Source: the human T2T-CHM13v2.0 reference genome, Homo sapiens
Direction: 5' to 3' (one strand)
Length of the DNA stretch: 64,000 nucleotides
NCBI RefSeq assembly: GCF_009914755.1
Contig: NC_060939.1
A program made the position numbers and the translations under genes. How positions within the stretch are numbered: position 1 is the first letter of the stretch; each line of letters begins with the position of its first letter. The notes under the pieces were generated by a model. It ran no database searches, was not told the DNA's origin, and worked only from the letters and a program-made list of their open reading frames with translations. Below are positions 26,196 to 39,640 of the stretch, one piece after another.

Positions 26196-26664
26196 TGTGA
26201 AAGGAAAATATCTTGGGCCCCCAAAATCACTAAGCTAAAGGGAAAATTCAAGCTGGGAACTGCTTAGGGAAAACCTGCCTCCATTCTATTCAAAGTCATC
26301 CCTTTGCCCACTGAGATAAATGTGTATCTGATTGCCTTCTTTGGAAAAGCTAATCAGAAACTCTCCTTTGCCCAAATTTTCTCTCACCTACCTGTGACCT
26401 GGAAGTCCCCCCCGCCCCACTTCGAGTTGTCTTGCTTTTACTTTCAGTTGTTCCACCTTTCCAGACCAAACCAATGTTCACTTTACATATGTTGATTGAT
26501 GCCTCATATCTCCCTAAAATGTATAAAACCAAGCTGTGCTCTGACCACCTTGGACACATGTCATCAGGACCTCCTGAGGCTGCGTCATGGGTGTGCATTC
26601 TCAACTTTGGCAAAATAAACTTTCTAAATTAACTGAGACCCACCTGAAATTTTCAGGGTTCACA
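26196..26664 (+). mobile_element. MER4A-like ERV1 solo LTR
   Basis: TGTGAAAGGAAAATATCTTGGGCCCCCAAAATCACTAAG...GTTCACA. Exact 4-bp TSD ATAG. Confidence 0.88.
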
Positions 26665-26839
26665 ATAGTAATAGGACCAGGTGGTAAATGGTAGCAAGTA
26701 ATTGAATCCTGCATATATTCAGGGTTTGCAATAGGGCCAGGCGCGCCTTACCCCTCACCCTTTCTGGCCAATCTATTTACAAGGACCCAATTCTATCAAT
26801 CCAGAGAGCCACAAAAGGACCCCAGCATCCACACAGTCC

Positions 26840-27025
26840 AGAGTAGCCCTGCCCCACAGAATTTTCTGCAATGACGGAAATGCTCTGCACTCTCAAATAT
26901 GGTAGCCACAGGCCACATCTGGCAACTGAGTGCTTGAGATGTGGCCAGTATGAGGGATCGGATTTTTCATTTGACTTTTTAATTAACTTAAATTTTACTA
27001 AACTGTTTGGACAGTGCAGCTCTAG
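26840..27025. mobile_element. MER3-like hAT-Charlie MITE
   Basis: AATTTTCTGCAATGACGGAAATG...AATATGGTAGCCAC...TTGGACAGTGCAG. Confidence 0.75.
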
Positions 27026-28223
27026 AGAGCCAGTCTGATAAATTGAGTCCAGGCAGCTCTTGCCCCTCGCTGGGATGCACTAGGAAGACAATCACCTGTG
27101 TTGTCATTATGTACACTCCAATCTCAATCAGCAGACAGGAGTCGGAGCGCCTTTGAGAAACGGTGGTGATGTGAATAAAGTGCTAATTTTATTTCTGAAA
27201 TGGGCCATTAATAAACAACAAAGTGTTATAAATATGCAAAACACGCAATTAGTCAATTCTGACAAGTCTCTGTGATGGGATCCTTAAAGCGTGCCCTAAA
27301 ATGAAGGGTGGAGGAACCAAAATAAATTTAGTTTCTCTTTAAACCCTACAAGCAATGAATGCTGAATAATTTACTTCTGAGAATTGTAACACAAAAGCAA
27401 GTCATTTACGGGTTCCTCTGAACATGAGCAGCACATTCTAATTTAATTCATATATGTGGAAGCCCATTATAAAAAGGAAATGAGTTACCAATGAGAGTGA
27501 CGGCAGATGGCAGCTGTTTTTGCACTACTTCATGGACCCTGAATTACTCCAATCATCATTTTATTTAAGCCCAGAAGGTCATAAGAAATAAGTTACTGAC
27601 TCCACTGAAATATGTCTCCCTTACACATATAAACTAAAACCTGCAATAGGTACATTATTCAAACAGTTTCTTGCAGCAAGAGGCACCAGCCCACAGGCCA
27701 AAGGCAAAGAAATCCTGCAGTCCTTTGGGCTCTGGTGAGGCCCCCTTCTGAAGATATTTGAGGAAGAGCCCTTTTTAGCAAATGAGATGCTCTCCAGTAC
27801 AGCCCTTTCTAAAACCTTTCTTAGCATACTTGACGCATTCCTCTCCCAGCAAGCCACACCTTCTTGACCCTTGTTACCCAAACTATAAATATGACATTAT
27901 TTTTTACTCTTATTTCTCCCTGATTCCAGTCTAGTTGTGTCACTGGACAAAGAGAGTCTCGTACCTGGTGATTCTATTTCCTGCCCCAGCTTCTTTCTCC
28001 AATCCATTCTTCACATAACAGTCTGTGATGCACCTGTGTCCAGAAAGATTTCCAGCACATGGTACATCCTCATAAAAATCTGTGGAGGAAATGAATGAGG
28101 TTTGAGAGGTTGGAAGAGCCAAATGAATTAAGTATTGGAAAGGAGTTTGATTTTGACTCTGAGAGCCATGGGAAGCCATTGAAGGATTTTGGGTAGAAGA
28201 GTGTCTTAACCTGGTTTATAAAT

Positions 28224-28803
28224 TGTCAGTGTTCTCCAGCCCAAGACCACCAGGAACACACCTGTGGTTAAACAAGTTGGGTTTATCGATTCACTGCAGT
28301 CATGGGGAACTGCAGGATATCCCAGTAAGAGGGTATTCGAAATTACAGGATTTGGGCTTGTGTTAGATGATTGTGCTTAGAAGATTCAAGGAAGTGGGAC
28401 TTGCTCTGGATTAGATGCTGTCAGAAAGCAGGAGTAACTCTGTGATTCAATTTCTTAATAAATCTTATCTTAAGATGACAGGAACAGAATGAGGCTAAAA
28501 CTGTGATTGGTCAAACAGTAACTCATGATAGAATGGAAGGCTGTTTGGTCATCTTGTGATTTGGACAATGTTTACATTTTTGTCTCTGTCCAGACATGAT
28601 TACATAGTGGTCCTGTTTTTGCCTTCATCCATCAGGGTCACAGAGTGGCCTTGCTTGATGTTGGGGTTTTATGACATTTTATGTTGGATGAAAGAATGCC
28701 AAAGGCCCAGCTGTGAGCACCCGGCCAGGTCGTAAAGACACCACAGCCCTCTGGCAGTGCCAGACCAGCTCCCAGCTGTCAGGGGCTGCATTTGTCTGTC
28801 TCA
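28224..28803 (-). mobile_element. ERVL-type solo LTR (MER76/77-like, family uncertain) within L2 fragments
   Basis: TG..CA ends and an antisense ATAAA signal. Reverse complement starts TGAGACAGACAAATGCAGCCCCTGACAGCTGGGAGCTGG. Confidence 0.55.
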
Positions 28804-29659
28804 GTGATAATAAGATAAAGCATAGATGCTGTTAGGAGGATGCTGCACTAGTCCTGTTAGAGACGATGGTGGCCTGCATTAGGGTGACTGCAGGTGATGA
28901 GAAGTGATTGGATTCAGGACACATGGATGGTTATAGTTCTCGCTCAAACTATATTGGCTTTTCAGCTCCTCAGAAGAACCTTGCTCCCTCCAGGCCCTTC
29001 CAGGAGCACTTCTGTCTTGTTCAGCCCTTTCTTTACCCACACAACCACCCAACCCTTTTGTACCTGACATATTCATTTTCCTCCTTCTCAAATGTTACCT
29101 CCACCAGGAAACATTCTCGGCCCTCCCATCCCAAGTCTGGGTTAGTTGTCCCTCCTCTGCTTTCATAATCTCTTCTCATTATTTTGGTTTACTTACCTGG
29201 ATCCCCTGCTAGACTGACAACTGCAGCAGGGAAGAGTGAGGTCTTGTTCACTAGGTGTACCTAGGTTCCATCACATAATAGATGCTTAATGAATACATGT
29301 TAAACGAATCAATGCTTCACTGATATTTATAGCTTTCTTTAGACTGGTTTCCAGGAAGTCATTATCTACTCCCAACTATCACGCCATAATGTCATTCCAA
29401 AACCAAGCTGCCTTTTCTTTTGTGCATACCTGCCAAATAATGTGATATTCCTGGCACTGCTGTGTATATTCCGCTTTCCTGAAAATTAAATCTATAAACC
29501 ACTGAAATAGCAGAAGCGACTATGGGATAGTATCCTTAAGTGGCAGTAAGTGCCTTGGCTGTGAGTGGTTTCAATTTGATTTGTTAGTAGAATTGGGATA
29601 TATTTACAAGCTTTCTATTCCTTATGATTTTGTAGGTAAAAAAAATAGCATCCTCTGTT

Positions 29660-30500
29660 TTGTCATTCATTCATTCAGCAACTGATTTTCAAGAGTCAGT
29701 GCCAGGCATTGTTGTAGAATGTTCTGGAGCATTAGGGATGAAATCAGAGACAAAAATATCTGATCCAGTGGGGTTCACATGATAATGCACAGGAAAGGCA
29801 ATAAGGAAATAGAGAAATAAAACATATTGAATATTAAATAGTGACACATGCTAATGAGAAAAACAAAAGCAGGAGGAAAATATAAAATGTTATAGGGGGC
29901 TGGGCGCAGTGGCTCACACCCGTAATCCTAGCACTTTGGGAGGCTGAGGTGGGCGGATCACCTGAGGTCAGGAGTTTGAGACTAGCCTGGCCAACATGGT
30001 GAAACTTTGTCTCTACTCAAAATACAAAAATTAGCAGGGCATGGTGGCACATGCCTGTAATTCCAGCTACTCGGGAGGTTGAGGCAGGAGAAATCGCTTG
30101 AACCCATATGGCAGAGGTTGCAGTGAGCCAAGATCATGCCACTACACTCCAGCCTGGGTGACAGAATGAGACTCTGGCTCAAAAAAAAAATGTTATAGGG
30201 GTTGGGGGATTTCAAGCAGCATCTCTAGAAAAGGCTATACTGAAATGGTCATTCAGAGGAAAGGCTTGAAGGAAGTGAAGGTTTCCAGCCCAGCCGACGT
30301 CTTGGGGTGGCACTGCTAGCCAAGGGCACAGCCAGTGCCAAGGCCCTGAGGCAGGAGAGTGCCCAGTGTGCTTTATGCAGATCAAGATCTGGCTAGGGCA
30401 AGGGAAAGGGGAGGCATGGAAAAGTCAGAAGGGCCTTCAAGGCTCTGTCCATGACTGTGGCTTTCTGTCTGAGATGGAGAGCCTTCTGAGAGTTTGGGTG
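29660..30500 (-). mobile_element. L2 fragment hosting an Alu
   Basis: (CATT)n tail, GTGCCAGGCATTGT, CAGTGCCAAGGCCCTGAGGCAGGA. Confidence 0.7.
29898..30190 (+). mobile_element. AluSx-like
   Basis: Full dimer. TSD AAAATGTTATAGGG. Confidence 0.95.
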
Positions 30501-30772
30501 ACAATTGACTATTGGAAATAATATCATATGCTAAAACAGTCTGATGTTTTCTATGATTAAAAACAAGTGAAAATGCATATCTTTCTATTGTTGGTCATTC
30601 CCCTACAATATAGTGGTTTTTTAAACTTTTTTTTGGTTAGTAAATACAATATGATTATTATAAAAGGTACAGAAAATACAAACACAATAGGAAAATAAAA
30701 ACCCATTGCTTTCTTACCAGTCAATGATAGCCTTTGTTATTTTTAGCATATTTTCTATCTTTACATATGTGT

Positions 30773-31126
30773 TGTATTAGTTCATTTTCACACTGCTGAT
30801 AAAGACATACCTGAAACTGGGAACAAAAAGAGGTTTAATTGGACTTACAGTTCCATATGGCTGGGGAGGCCTCAGAATCATGATTGGAGGCGAAAGGCAC
30901 TTCTTACATGGTGGCGGCAAGAGAAAAATGAGGAAGAAGCAAAAGCAGAAACCCCTGATAAACCCATGAGATCTCATGAGACTTACTCATTATCATGAGA
31001 ATACCATGAGAAAGATGGGTCCCCATGATTTAATTACCTCCTACTGGGTCGCTCCCACAACACTTGAGGATTCTGGGAGATACAATTCAAGTTGAGATTT
31101 GGTGGGGACACAGCCAAACCATATCA
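30773..31126 (-). mobile_element. THE1C-like solo LTR
   Basis: TGTATTAGTT...CCATATCA. TSD TGTGT/CGTGT. Confidence 0.9.
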
Positions 31127-31201
31127 CGTGTATTGCCTAAAATTTATCCAAAGAACATATATATGTACACATCCATACATATATCTATATATATGCATAC
31201 A

Positions 31202-31513
31202 CAGTCAGCCCTCCAGACCCATGGGTTCCACTTCCATGGATTCAACTAACCTCAAATAGAAAATAATTGGGGAAAACAATAAAAAATAATACAACAAAAA
31301 TTTTAAAACAATACAGCCTAACAACTATTTCCATCACATTTACATTGTGTTAGGTATTATAAGTAATCTAGAGATGATTTAAAGTATACAGGAGGATTGT
31401 ATAAGCTATAGGCAAATACTACACCATTTTATATCAGGGACTTGAGCACCTGTGGATTTTGGTATCTGCAGGGGTCCTGGAACCAATTCCCTGAGGAAAC
31501 TGAAAGACAACTG
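31202..31513. mobile_element. MER2 (Tigger-type) MITE
   Basis: CAGTCAGCCCTC...GACAACTG terminal repeats with a typical MER2 body. Confidence 0.8.
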
Positions 31514-32649
31514 TATGTTATTTGAGACTTTTCCTTCGTAATCATGAAGGTATTTGCAATGTCATTAAAAATTCTTTTAAACTACATTTCCAATGGTCCC
31601 AATGGGTTTCATCACATGAATGAACCATAATTTCCATATCGCGCACCTCACTCCTTTGCTCTCCTATGCAGCAGCAGCTCTACTCACAAAACTGATAAAA
31701 TTCTAAAGCATTAAGCCCAATTATTTTGTTTCTAACTCCAAGACCACACAAAATTGATGGCTTGTGTCATCCGGGATGGACAGGTCCAACTGGAACAGCT
31801 GGTGGTGGTCGGCAGTGATTTCTTCTGTGGGAATATCTCTAGGTTGAAGAGTCATGAGTAGAGGATATTCTGGGGTTGGATTCATGCAGAGGCAATTACT
31901 GTTGCTTTGAAAATACAAATCTGGCATCATTTCAATCCAGTGCTCCTGGAGCCCATCCGGCTTCCCTCACTCCCTGCTCCCTGTGCCACATCAGACTCAA
32001 TCAATCGGGAAAGAAGCCAGAAGAGCTGGCCCTGCCACCCAACTCAGGAACCCCTGTTGTGATGCCACAAGCTTGCCCCAGCCTGTCCCCGGGGCCTCCT
32101 GGGACCCACTCCAACCCTGACACCTCATTTCCCAGGACTCAGCCAGCCTCACCTCTCCTCTCTTCCTTTCAGCGCTGCTGGGCTCTTTCCCAGCCACATA
32201 TTTCAGAAGCTGGCAGGAAGTCTCAAGGCAGTGACTGCAGATCCATCAGACTGTCATTTACAGTGTAGTAATTAACCCTGAGCTTCCTACAAAGTTCCCA
32301 GATTCCAGCCTTCCCCAACCCAGCAAGGCTCGTGGCCATCTCCCAGCCCAGGAGGTTGAGTCAGAGAACATGAGGGCTCAAGGTCCTTGTCTTCTGGTCC
32401 ATAAGGCAGAAACAGACACCAGTCTAGACTTCATTCCATCCTATGATGAGATTGAACCTCAGTTGTGTCATTTGAGGGTGAGCTGGGCACAGCTGTGATG
32501 CCTTAAGAGCTGGCTCTCAACTCTATCCAAGCATAGGTTGTCAGGAATGCAGAATCTTGGGATCCACAAATGAATCAGCTAATAAGCCAGCTAATGAATC
32601 AGAGCCTGCATTTTAACAAGATCCTCAAGAGATTCCTATGTACAGTAAA

Positions 32650-32804
<155 letters not shown>

Positions 32805-32829
32805 TAAAGTGTGAGAAGCATTACTCCTA

Positions 32830-33620
32830 GGTCAGTGATTCTCAGACTTGCGCATGCATCAGAATCACCTGGAGTGGTTGTTAAAACACAGGTTGCTTTT
32901 TATTCAGTCATAAAAAAGGAATGAAATTTTGGTATATGCTGCAATACAATATGAATGAACCTTGGGAACATTACGCTTGGTGAAGTAAGCCAGACACAGA
33001 AAGGCAAATATTGTATTATTCCACTTATATGAGGTACCTAGAATAGGCAAATCCGTAAAAACAGAATGTAGACTAGAGGTTACCAAGGGTGAGGAAAAGG
33101 GGCAAGGAGGAACGGGGGATGGGTATTGTTTAATGGGCACAGAGATTTTGTCACAGATGATGAAAAAGTTTTGGGTGTGGATAGCGGTGATGGTCGCACC
33201 ACACTGTGAATGTCTTTAATGCCACTGAATGGTATATTTATGAATAGTAGAAATGATAAATATTATGTGTATTTCATAATAATTTAAAAAATAAAAATTT
33301 TTAAGCGACAGATTGCTGGGACCCACCTGCACCCACCACCATAATTTCTGATTTCTGATTCAATGGGTCTGGACTGACGTCTGAGAATCTACATTTCTAA
33401 CAAATGCCCAAGTGATGCTGGTACTTCTGGTTTGAGGGCCGTATTTTGAATGTCAAAAATCTGGACACTGTTTCTTAATTAAAATTGAAAAATAAAAACT
33501 GATGTCCAGACCCTGTCCCAGGGATTCTAATTTGATTGATCCACATTGGTGTCCTGGGCAGAGGGATTTTTTTAGCCCTCCCCAGGTAATTCTACTGTGC
33601 AGCCAAGGTGGAGAACTGCA
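32830..33620. mobile_element. MER5-type fragments split by an L1MB/MC 3' end (32899-33300, +)
   Basis: GCATCAGAATCACCTGGAG...TTAAAACACAG, resuming CAGATTGCTGGG. L1 3'UTR TATTCAGTCATAAAAAAGGAATGAA. Confidence 0.7.
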
Positions 33621-34489
33621 GATAGGTGGTGTCCTCTGGGAAATTCCTCACCTGCCTATGCCTTTTCAGTGACACAGGGGGACATTCAGATTGGTGAGGA
33701 GCTCTGGGTGTTTCTTCATGGAAGCTTTAAAGGGCATCTCGGTAGTAAAGGAGTTTTTATACTAAAAAAAATAACACCACTCTCTTCTCCTAAATAATGC
33801 CTTCTAACCATGGACTAGGTCATCAAAAGAGATTGTATGTTCACATCTACTGAATGAGCAGTGTTGATGGGCAGACTTGAGCTTTGTTACATTCCTCATT
33901 TCAGTGAATGTGTATTTATTAATTCATTTAATAGACCTCTGTTTTAACAAATTTTGAACCCCCCATCTCACCTTTTTGTTTCCTAACTTCTGGCAAATCT
34001 GTCACAGATAAACCTAATAGAAGAGAGCAGGTTGAGGCAGAGGGGAACCAATGGTGCTTTTCTGAGCTTTTCTCCTCAACCCAAAGCATCCCAAGAATAG
34101 ATAATCTGTATTTGGTGATTTTTCCATAAGAGTTCCATAAGACCATAACAGTGACCATGGACACCTCTATAGATGTTAACAAGACAATGAAACACAAGTC
34201 TTTTGTTAGTTTTCTTAGCCTTTTTGTGCTTGACGCATCATAAAAATTCATTCTGCTACTTGACCCACTGGTCCAGCATCTTGGTGAACACCCTGTCCAG
34301 AGAAGCTGGAACCCTTTCCCTGCTATTTCCCTCCCTGTCCTCTCTACCCACTCACCCCCATCCCCACCTGAGATTCAGGCTGAATCCCCTTTCCCACCAC
34401 CCAAATGAGCTTGGGAGGGGCAATGTCAAAACCACATGCTCTACCCAACTCAACTAAGGGAACTTCTGACATGTTAAAAATAATACATT

Positions 34490-35220
34490 ATCAAGATCAG
34501 TGTTTGCCAAGGATTGGGAGGAGGGATGGATGAATATGTGCAAATTAGTCCATCCACATGCTGCTATAAGGACATACCCAAGACTGGGTAATTTGTAAAG
34601 GAAAGAGGTTTAATTGACTCACAGTTCAACATTGCTGGGGAGGCCTCAGGAAACTCACAGTCATGGCAGAAGGGGAAACCAACATGTCCTTCTTCACATA
34701 GTGGCAGGGAGAAGAATGAGAGCTGAGCAAAGGGGGAAACCCCTTATAAAACCATCAGTTCTCATGAGAACTCACTCACTATCACAAGAATAGTATGGGG
34801 GAAACCGTCCCCATTATTCAATTATCTCTATCTGGTCCAGCCCTTGACACATGGGGATTATTACAATTCAAGGTGAGATTTGGGTGGAGACACAGAGCCA
34901 AACCATATCAAGGTGGAACACAGAGAATTTTTAGGGCAGTGAAACTACTTGTATGATACTATAATGATGCATATATGTTATGATGCTTTTTATAAAACCA
35001 TAGAATGTACAAGCCCAAGATTGAACCCCAAACTGTCTTTGGGTGACAATGATATGTCCACGATGCTCATCAATTGTAACACATATACCACTCTGGTGAG
35101 GCATATTGATAATGGAGTGGACTATTCATTAGAGAGGGAAGGAGGTATGTGGGAAATTTCTGTACCTTCCTCTCAGTTTTGCTGTGAGCCTAAACTGCTC
35201 TAAAACAGAAAGTCTACAAA
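34490..35220 (+). mobile_element. L1MC-like 3'UTR containing an antisense THE1 LTR (about 34541-34910)
   Basis: AGATCAGTGTTTGCCAAGG...TTTTAGGGCAGTGAAACTA...CTAAACTGCTCTAAAA. THE1 ends CCATATCA. Confidence 0.8.
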
Positions 35221-35229
35221 AGTGTTAAA

Positions 35230-37240
35230 ATAATAATACATTTGAGAAGAGCTCTAGCAAAGACAGATATTTAATAGTTAGCTAAAATTTCAAAATAAAA
35301 CATTGACTTTAAGATCAACTTTCTAAAGGACTCTGGCAAAGCCAACAGGAAGAGGTCACTTTCACTTAAACCTTCTGAAACCTACCCTCCTCACACCTCT
35401 TTTTCTCTCTATCCCAAATTACCTGCACACAGGTACCAAATTATACATCTGCTCTTCCTTCAGCTTCTCCTCCTGACCTCCTAAATGATCTACCCTTTCA
35501 TGGGATTTTTCTGAGGAAAAGTTTCCTCAAAATTACTAGCGTAAGAGGCTTATCTAGAAGTCAAATTTAAGTTGAGTTAAAGGCTATACTTAAGAATTCC
35601 AAAACCTCAGGAAGGCAGATAAAAATGTTCTGTGAATTAAGGATTTTATTAGCTACTTACTATCCTAGATTAGCAGATCCTTACAAACTAGTTTCCTTAA
35701 TTGCAAGCCCCTCATATGGGGGAAATAGTTAAAAGTAACAGGATGAGAAAGGCCAGGGAGAATTGAAATAATTAAACTGTGCGCAATTCAGATATTGGCG
35801 TTAAGAGCACAGGAAAAATAAGAAATGAACTATGTGTGGCCATTCTTGAAGTCTTTCCCTTAAGAGAAGATTGGACAGCAAATCAAAATTGCAAATAAAA
35901 TGAAGATGATTAAACAGGTGACATTAAAACTAGACTTCAGGAAACTTTTAAATAATATCTATGATAGACCCAGCATCTGAAGTAAAAGGAGACTTGTCCT
36001 CTCTTTTTGTAAGTAGACTCACGTCTGAAATAGGAAACTTAGAAAAATACATTGGAATGGGAAATTGTCAATTTAGAAGATCTCCAACATGTGGCTTAAC
36101 ATTTTCAAAAAGCCCTAGAAAGTAAACAAGCTAGAAATGAAAACAACTCCTGGCTATCCCAGTTAAACAACTGGTCCTCAAAATAAAAATAAAAACAAAA
36201 AGTTCTCTGTTTTTTTTTTCTCTGAGAATCAAGAGCCTATAAAATAAGGACACCAGTAGATATTGGAGGCAGGAGGGTTATTGGGAAAACCAGTGTCACA
36301 CATTTGTTAAGATACAAAACTACTGTTCAAAGTTTGTCCAATGGTGTTGAAGCTGAGAGAAACATTGGAACCCAACAATTCCCTCTCCTTCATCTAAACT
36401 GCCAAGGGAAATTATATATATGTATGTACACACACACATGCTTATGTACATATGTACAAAAAAATTAGTTTTTTTGTTTATATGGTTGTCACTGTATCTC
36501 CAATTAATCTCACTACCATAGAACATCAGATTCCCCCAGAATACCAAAACCACTGAAATGGTGAGAATTTCTAACAACCCTAAGCTCTTTCTCATGTCTC
36601 AACCTATGACTGCTGCCTTGGCACCACTAGCAGAAGAACATTCCTTTCTTCTCTGTGACACAACTCCTGCACATTTAATAGGAAAGGATCAAGTTTGAAG
36701 CATTCAACTAAATACACTGCAGGATTATTTTTTGAAGTCCCAGAAGTTACAGCTGGTAAGCATATTAAAATACCTACACTAGGTATGATTCAAGAAACAA
36801 GTGAAGAATTAGCCCATGATCTCTGAATTCCTAAAGGCCAAAGATCTATGAACATGAACAAACTAATTGGAACAGAGCTGTGTGAGTTCAGATGGATTCT
36901 TCTAAACCTTTTCTTAAACTTCCTCAATACTCCCACTAAAATTGAAGCCAAGAAAGGTCTTAAGACAATTACAACAGGCTTAATAGAAAAAGGATTAATT
37001 CTCTTTGTACTAGTTTCCGCAATACCTGTTTAAAAGTCTAACAATTGAGGATACAGATGTGTCTGATATCTATAAGCAATTAAAATAGGCTTGCTTTCCA
37101 GCAGGGCCTAACCCAAATACCAAACTATCTTCATGCCCACCTGAAGCCAAATGCTTTACTGGAATAGACTTAGCTCAGCTTTCTTTAGTATCTCAATTGA
37201 TACTAAATATTTCTGATAATATTTATTTGCCTTCACCTTA
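35230..37240 (+). pseudogene. Highly degraded class I ERV internal region (gag capsid, protease, RT N-terminus)
   Basis: Hand translation: ELRILLATYYPRLADPYKLV, EVFPLREDWTANQNCK, EHSFLLCDTTPAHLIGKD, GYRCV*YL*AI, PNPNTKLSSCPPEAKCFTGIDL, SAFFSISID, YLFAFT. Confidence 0.8.
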
Positions 37241-37259
37241 GAAAATCTGGATAGCTTCC

Positions 37260-37900
37260 TCTATGAGAAAAATTGGACAAATTTATTAAACATTTTTTAA
37301 AGAGCTGAATTAATGGAGAAATGTATTATGGTTGTGAATAGTAAGACAATATTATAAAAGTCTCAGTTCTCCCCAAATTGATCATCTTAATTACGCTCAA
37401 AATCCCAACAGATTTTTGTTCTCACGAAAACATTTTTTAATGATCACAATTCTGAAGAGCAAAGGGAAAAAAATTGCCAAAGCATTTATGAAGAAAAACA
37501 GAGAGGAAGAACTTATTAAAATAACTATTATATGGAACTGGTTCAGAGAGAGATAAAATTACCAGTGGAAAAAATGGAGAGGCCAGAGTCCTGCCATTCT
37601 TATGGGTAACGTTGGTCCATGACAGAGGTGGCACAGCAGACCAGTGATGACAGAGACCATTCAGGAAAAAGAACTGGGTTAAAAAACTGGACTTCATCCA
37701 GCAAAATATGAAACTGGAATTTACCTGATAACATACATAAAAATCATTGCAACATGGATCAAGGATTTAAATATCAAAAAGTAAATATTAGGACTATTAC
37801 AATACAATTTAGGAGAATCTTGGTAGGAAAGGATTTTTTTAAAGAAGGTAAAAACACTCTTTGTAATATAAAAGGTTGATTAATTTGTCTGTATTAATGT
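37260..37900 (+). mobile_element. Old L1M ORF2 fragment
   Basis: GTCTCAGTTCTCCCCAAATTGATC, AAAATCCCAACAGATTTT, ATGGATCAAGGATTTAAAT. Confidence 0.65.
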
Positions 37901-39404
37901 TAAATGTCTTCAGCTTATACAGGAGATAGGGTACCCCCTCTTATGTAGGAGACAGAGCACCCACTCATAACAGGAAGGAATGAAGGAAGGATGAGTTTGT
38001 GGGTTTGATACATGAAGTTGAGGGAGTTACCATGTCATGGTTTCTTTTTCCTCTGTGAGATAGAAATCAAGTTCATGTTTGGAGTAGGAGTAGGGGTAAA
38101 TGTGCTGTGGGTAAGGAGGAAGGGGAGTTGAGCCCAAAATGTGAGGGGTATAGAGATGGTGAGCCCCAGTCACTGAATAAAGTAGAAGGGAGGTGGGGCA
38201 GAGGAACATAACTGGAGGCCAGATAGATGATCCTGAATTAGTGGCTCCATCTGCCCAGTGGTGTGATGGAGACTCAGCTGCAGGAGGTTAGCGATTGGTT
38301 CTCCAGCCAGTTCGACCAGCCCTATCATTAGCAACAAGCTCTCCCCAACTCAGTAATTAGGCTGATTGCAGTCCCAGCCTCCCCGACCACAATGAGTTTT
38401 CATCTATTTCCATAGCTTCTTGGTATTTTAGTAAGGTAAGGCTACTTTAGGGACAGTTAGCTAGATAGCACCTAAAAATTTCCCCTTCTAATTCTTAACT
38501 GCAATTGGTCATGGTTTAATTACAATCTTTCATCCAAAATTCATTGGTATCTATTTCTCCAACAGTACATAGCTCTAGGATATTGGCCTTTGGTCTGCTT
38601 GTCAGACTGGCACATGGAGACCTCCTAGGCTGCCCAGCTCACAAGCCAGCTTCTCTCTGTGGTCTGAAAAACAGGCATTGCTTGGCTTATGCTGTAAGTA
38701 ACAGACTTGAACTTCCCTTTGTAGCTACCAATTACAACGCTCTAGTTTCTCTACTTCTTTTCTCCAAAGTTCCCAACTAGTGAAAATACTGATTACAACC
38801 ACCTGGACATCTTTATTCCAAGCATGACAGACTCTGAAGATTTCTTCCTAATTGTTTATGGATGTCACCCATCATTTTCACATTCCCAAAAGTCTTCCAG
38901 CTGCCCTGATACTGATTGTGCAACAATAAGTTACGTTGGTGAAAAATTAGCAAATTTGCCCCTTATATAATCTGCTATCTGGGGCCTGATTATTTCACCA
39001 CAGGACTTTTTTTGATAATTTAGGCAGAAAACATAACAAGATTTTCCAATAAGAATATTCAGTTGCCTATGTCTCTCTCCCATGGAGGTATGGTAACAAA
39101 ATTCTAAGCCTGGTTTTGTTACTTATTAGTAACTAGTTAGCTAGTTAGGTAAGTATCCTGCAAGTTATTTCCTTCTCTGTGGCTCTTCATTTTCCAATTA
39201 AACAACAACAACAACAACAAAGAATGGTCATGCAGAGCTGCTTCCTCCCTTACAGAGGTGTTCCATGGTTAAATATGATAATGAACATCAAAGCTCTTTG
39301 CAAGCTGCAAATCTAAGGTGTTATGATTCCCTTGGTGAAAGTAAGTATAGGCCATGCATCTTCTCTGCAGGAGTATAAAGGTTTGGAGTTTTCATTAAAG
39401 GTAA

Positions 39405-39640
39405 ATTCACAAATATTTATTAAACTTTTTTTGTTTGCATGCATTTGCTAAGCACTTGTATATAAATTACCTTATTTTATCTTCATAGTAAGCCCATACA
39501 GTAATTAATATTAAAACTCACTGCACAGATAAGGAAACTGATAAGGAATCCCAGATAAGATCCAAAAAGATTAAGTAATTTGCCCAATATCCCACAGCCA
39601 GTAAGTGTTGTCATCAGTTCTGGACTGACACAGCTACCTC
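39405..39640 (-). mobile_element. MIR
   Basis: ACAGATAAGGAAACTGA...TTAAGTAATTTGCCCAA. Confidence 0.65.

Larger units (their letters stand above)
24838..26720 (-). mobile_element. L2 element fragmented by three LTR insertions
   Basis: (ATTC)n L2 tail at 24838. L2 body resumes between the LTRs (CAGGCACTGTTCTAAGCACT, AGCCAGTGCAAAGG, CACTGGAAGGTTCTGAGCAG). Confidence 0.75.

Noticed and set aside
38300-38860. Possible very old minus-strand ERVL/Gypsy gag-like remnant
   Set aside because: Only a vague coiled-coil-like resemblance by eye, with no diagnostic motif. It needs a Dfam search.
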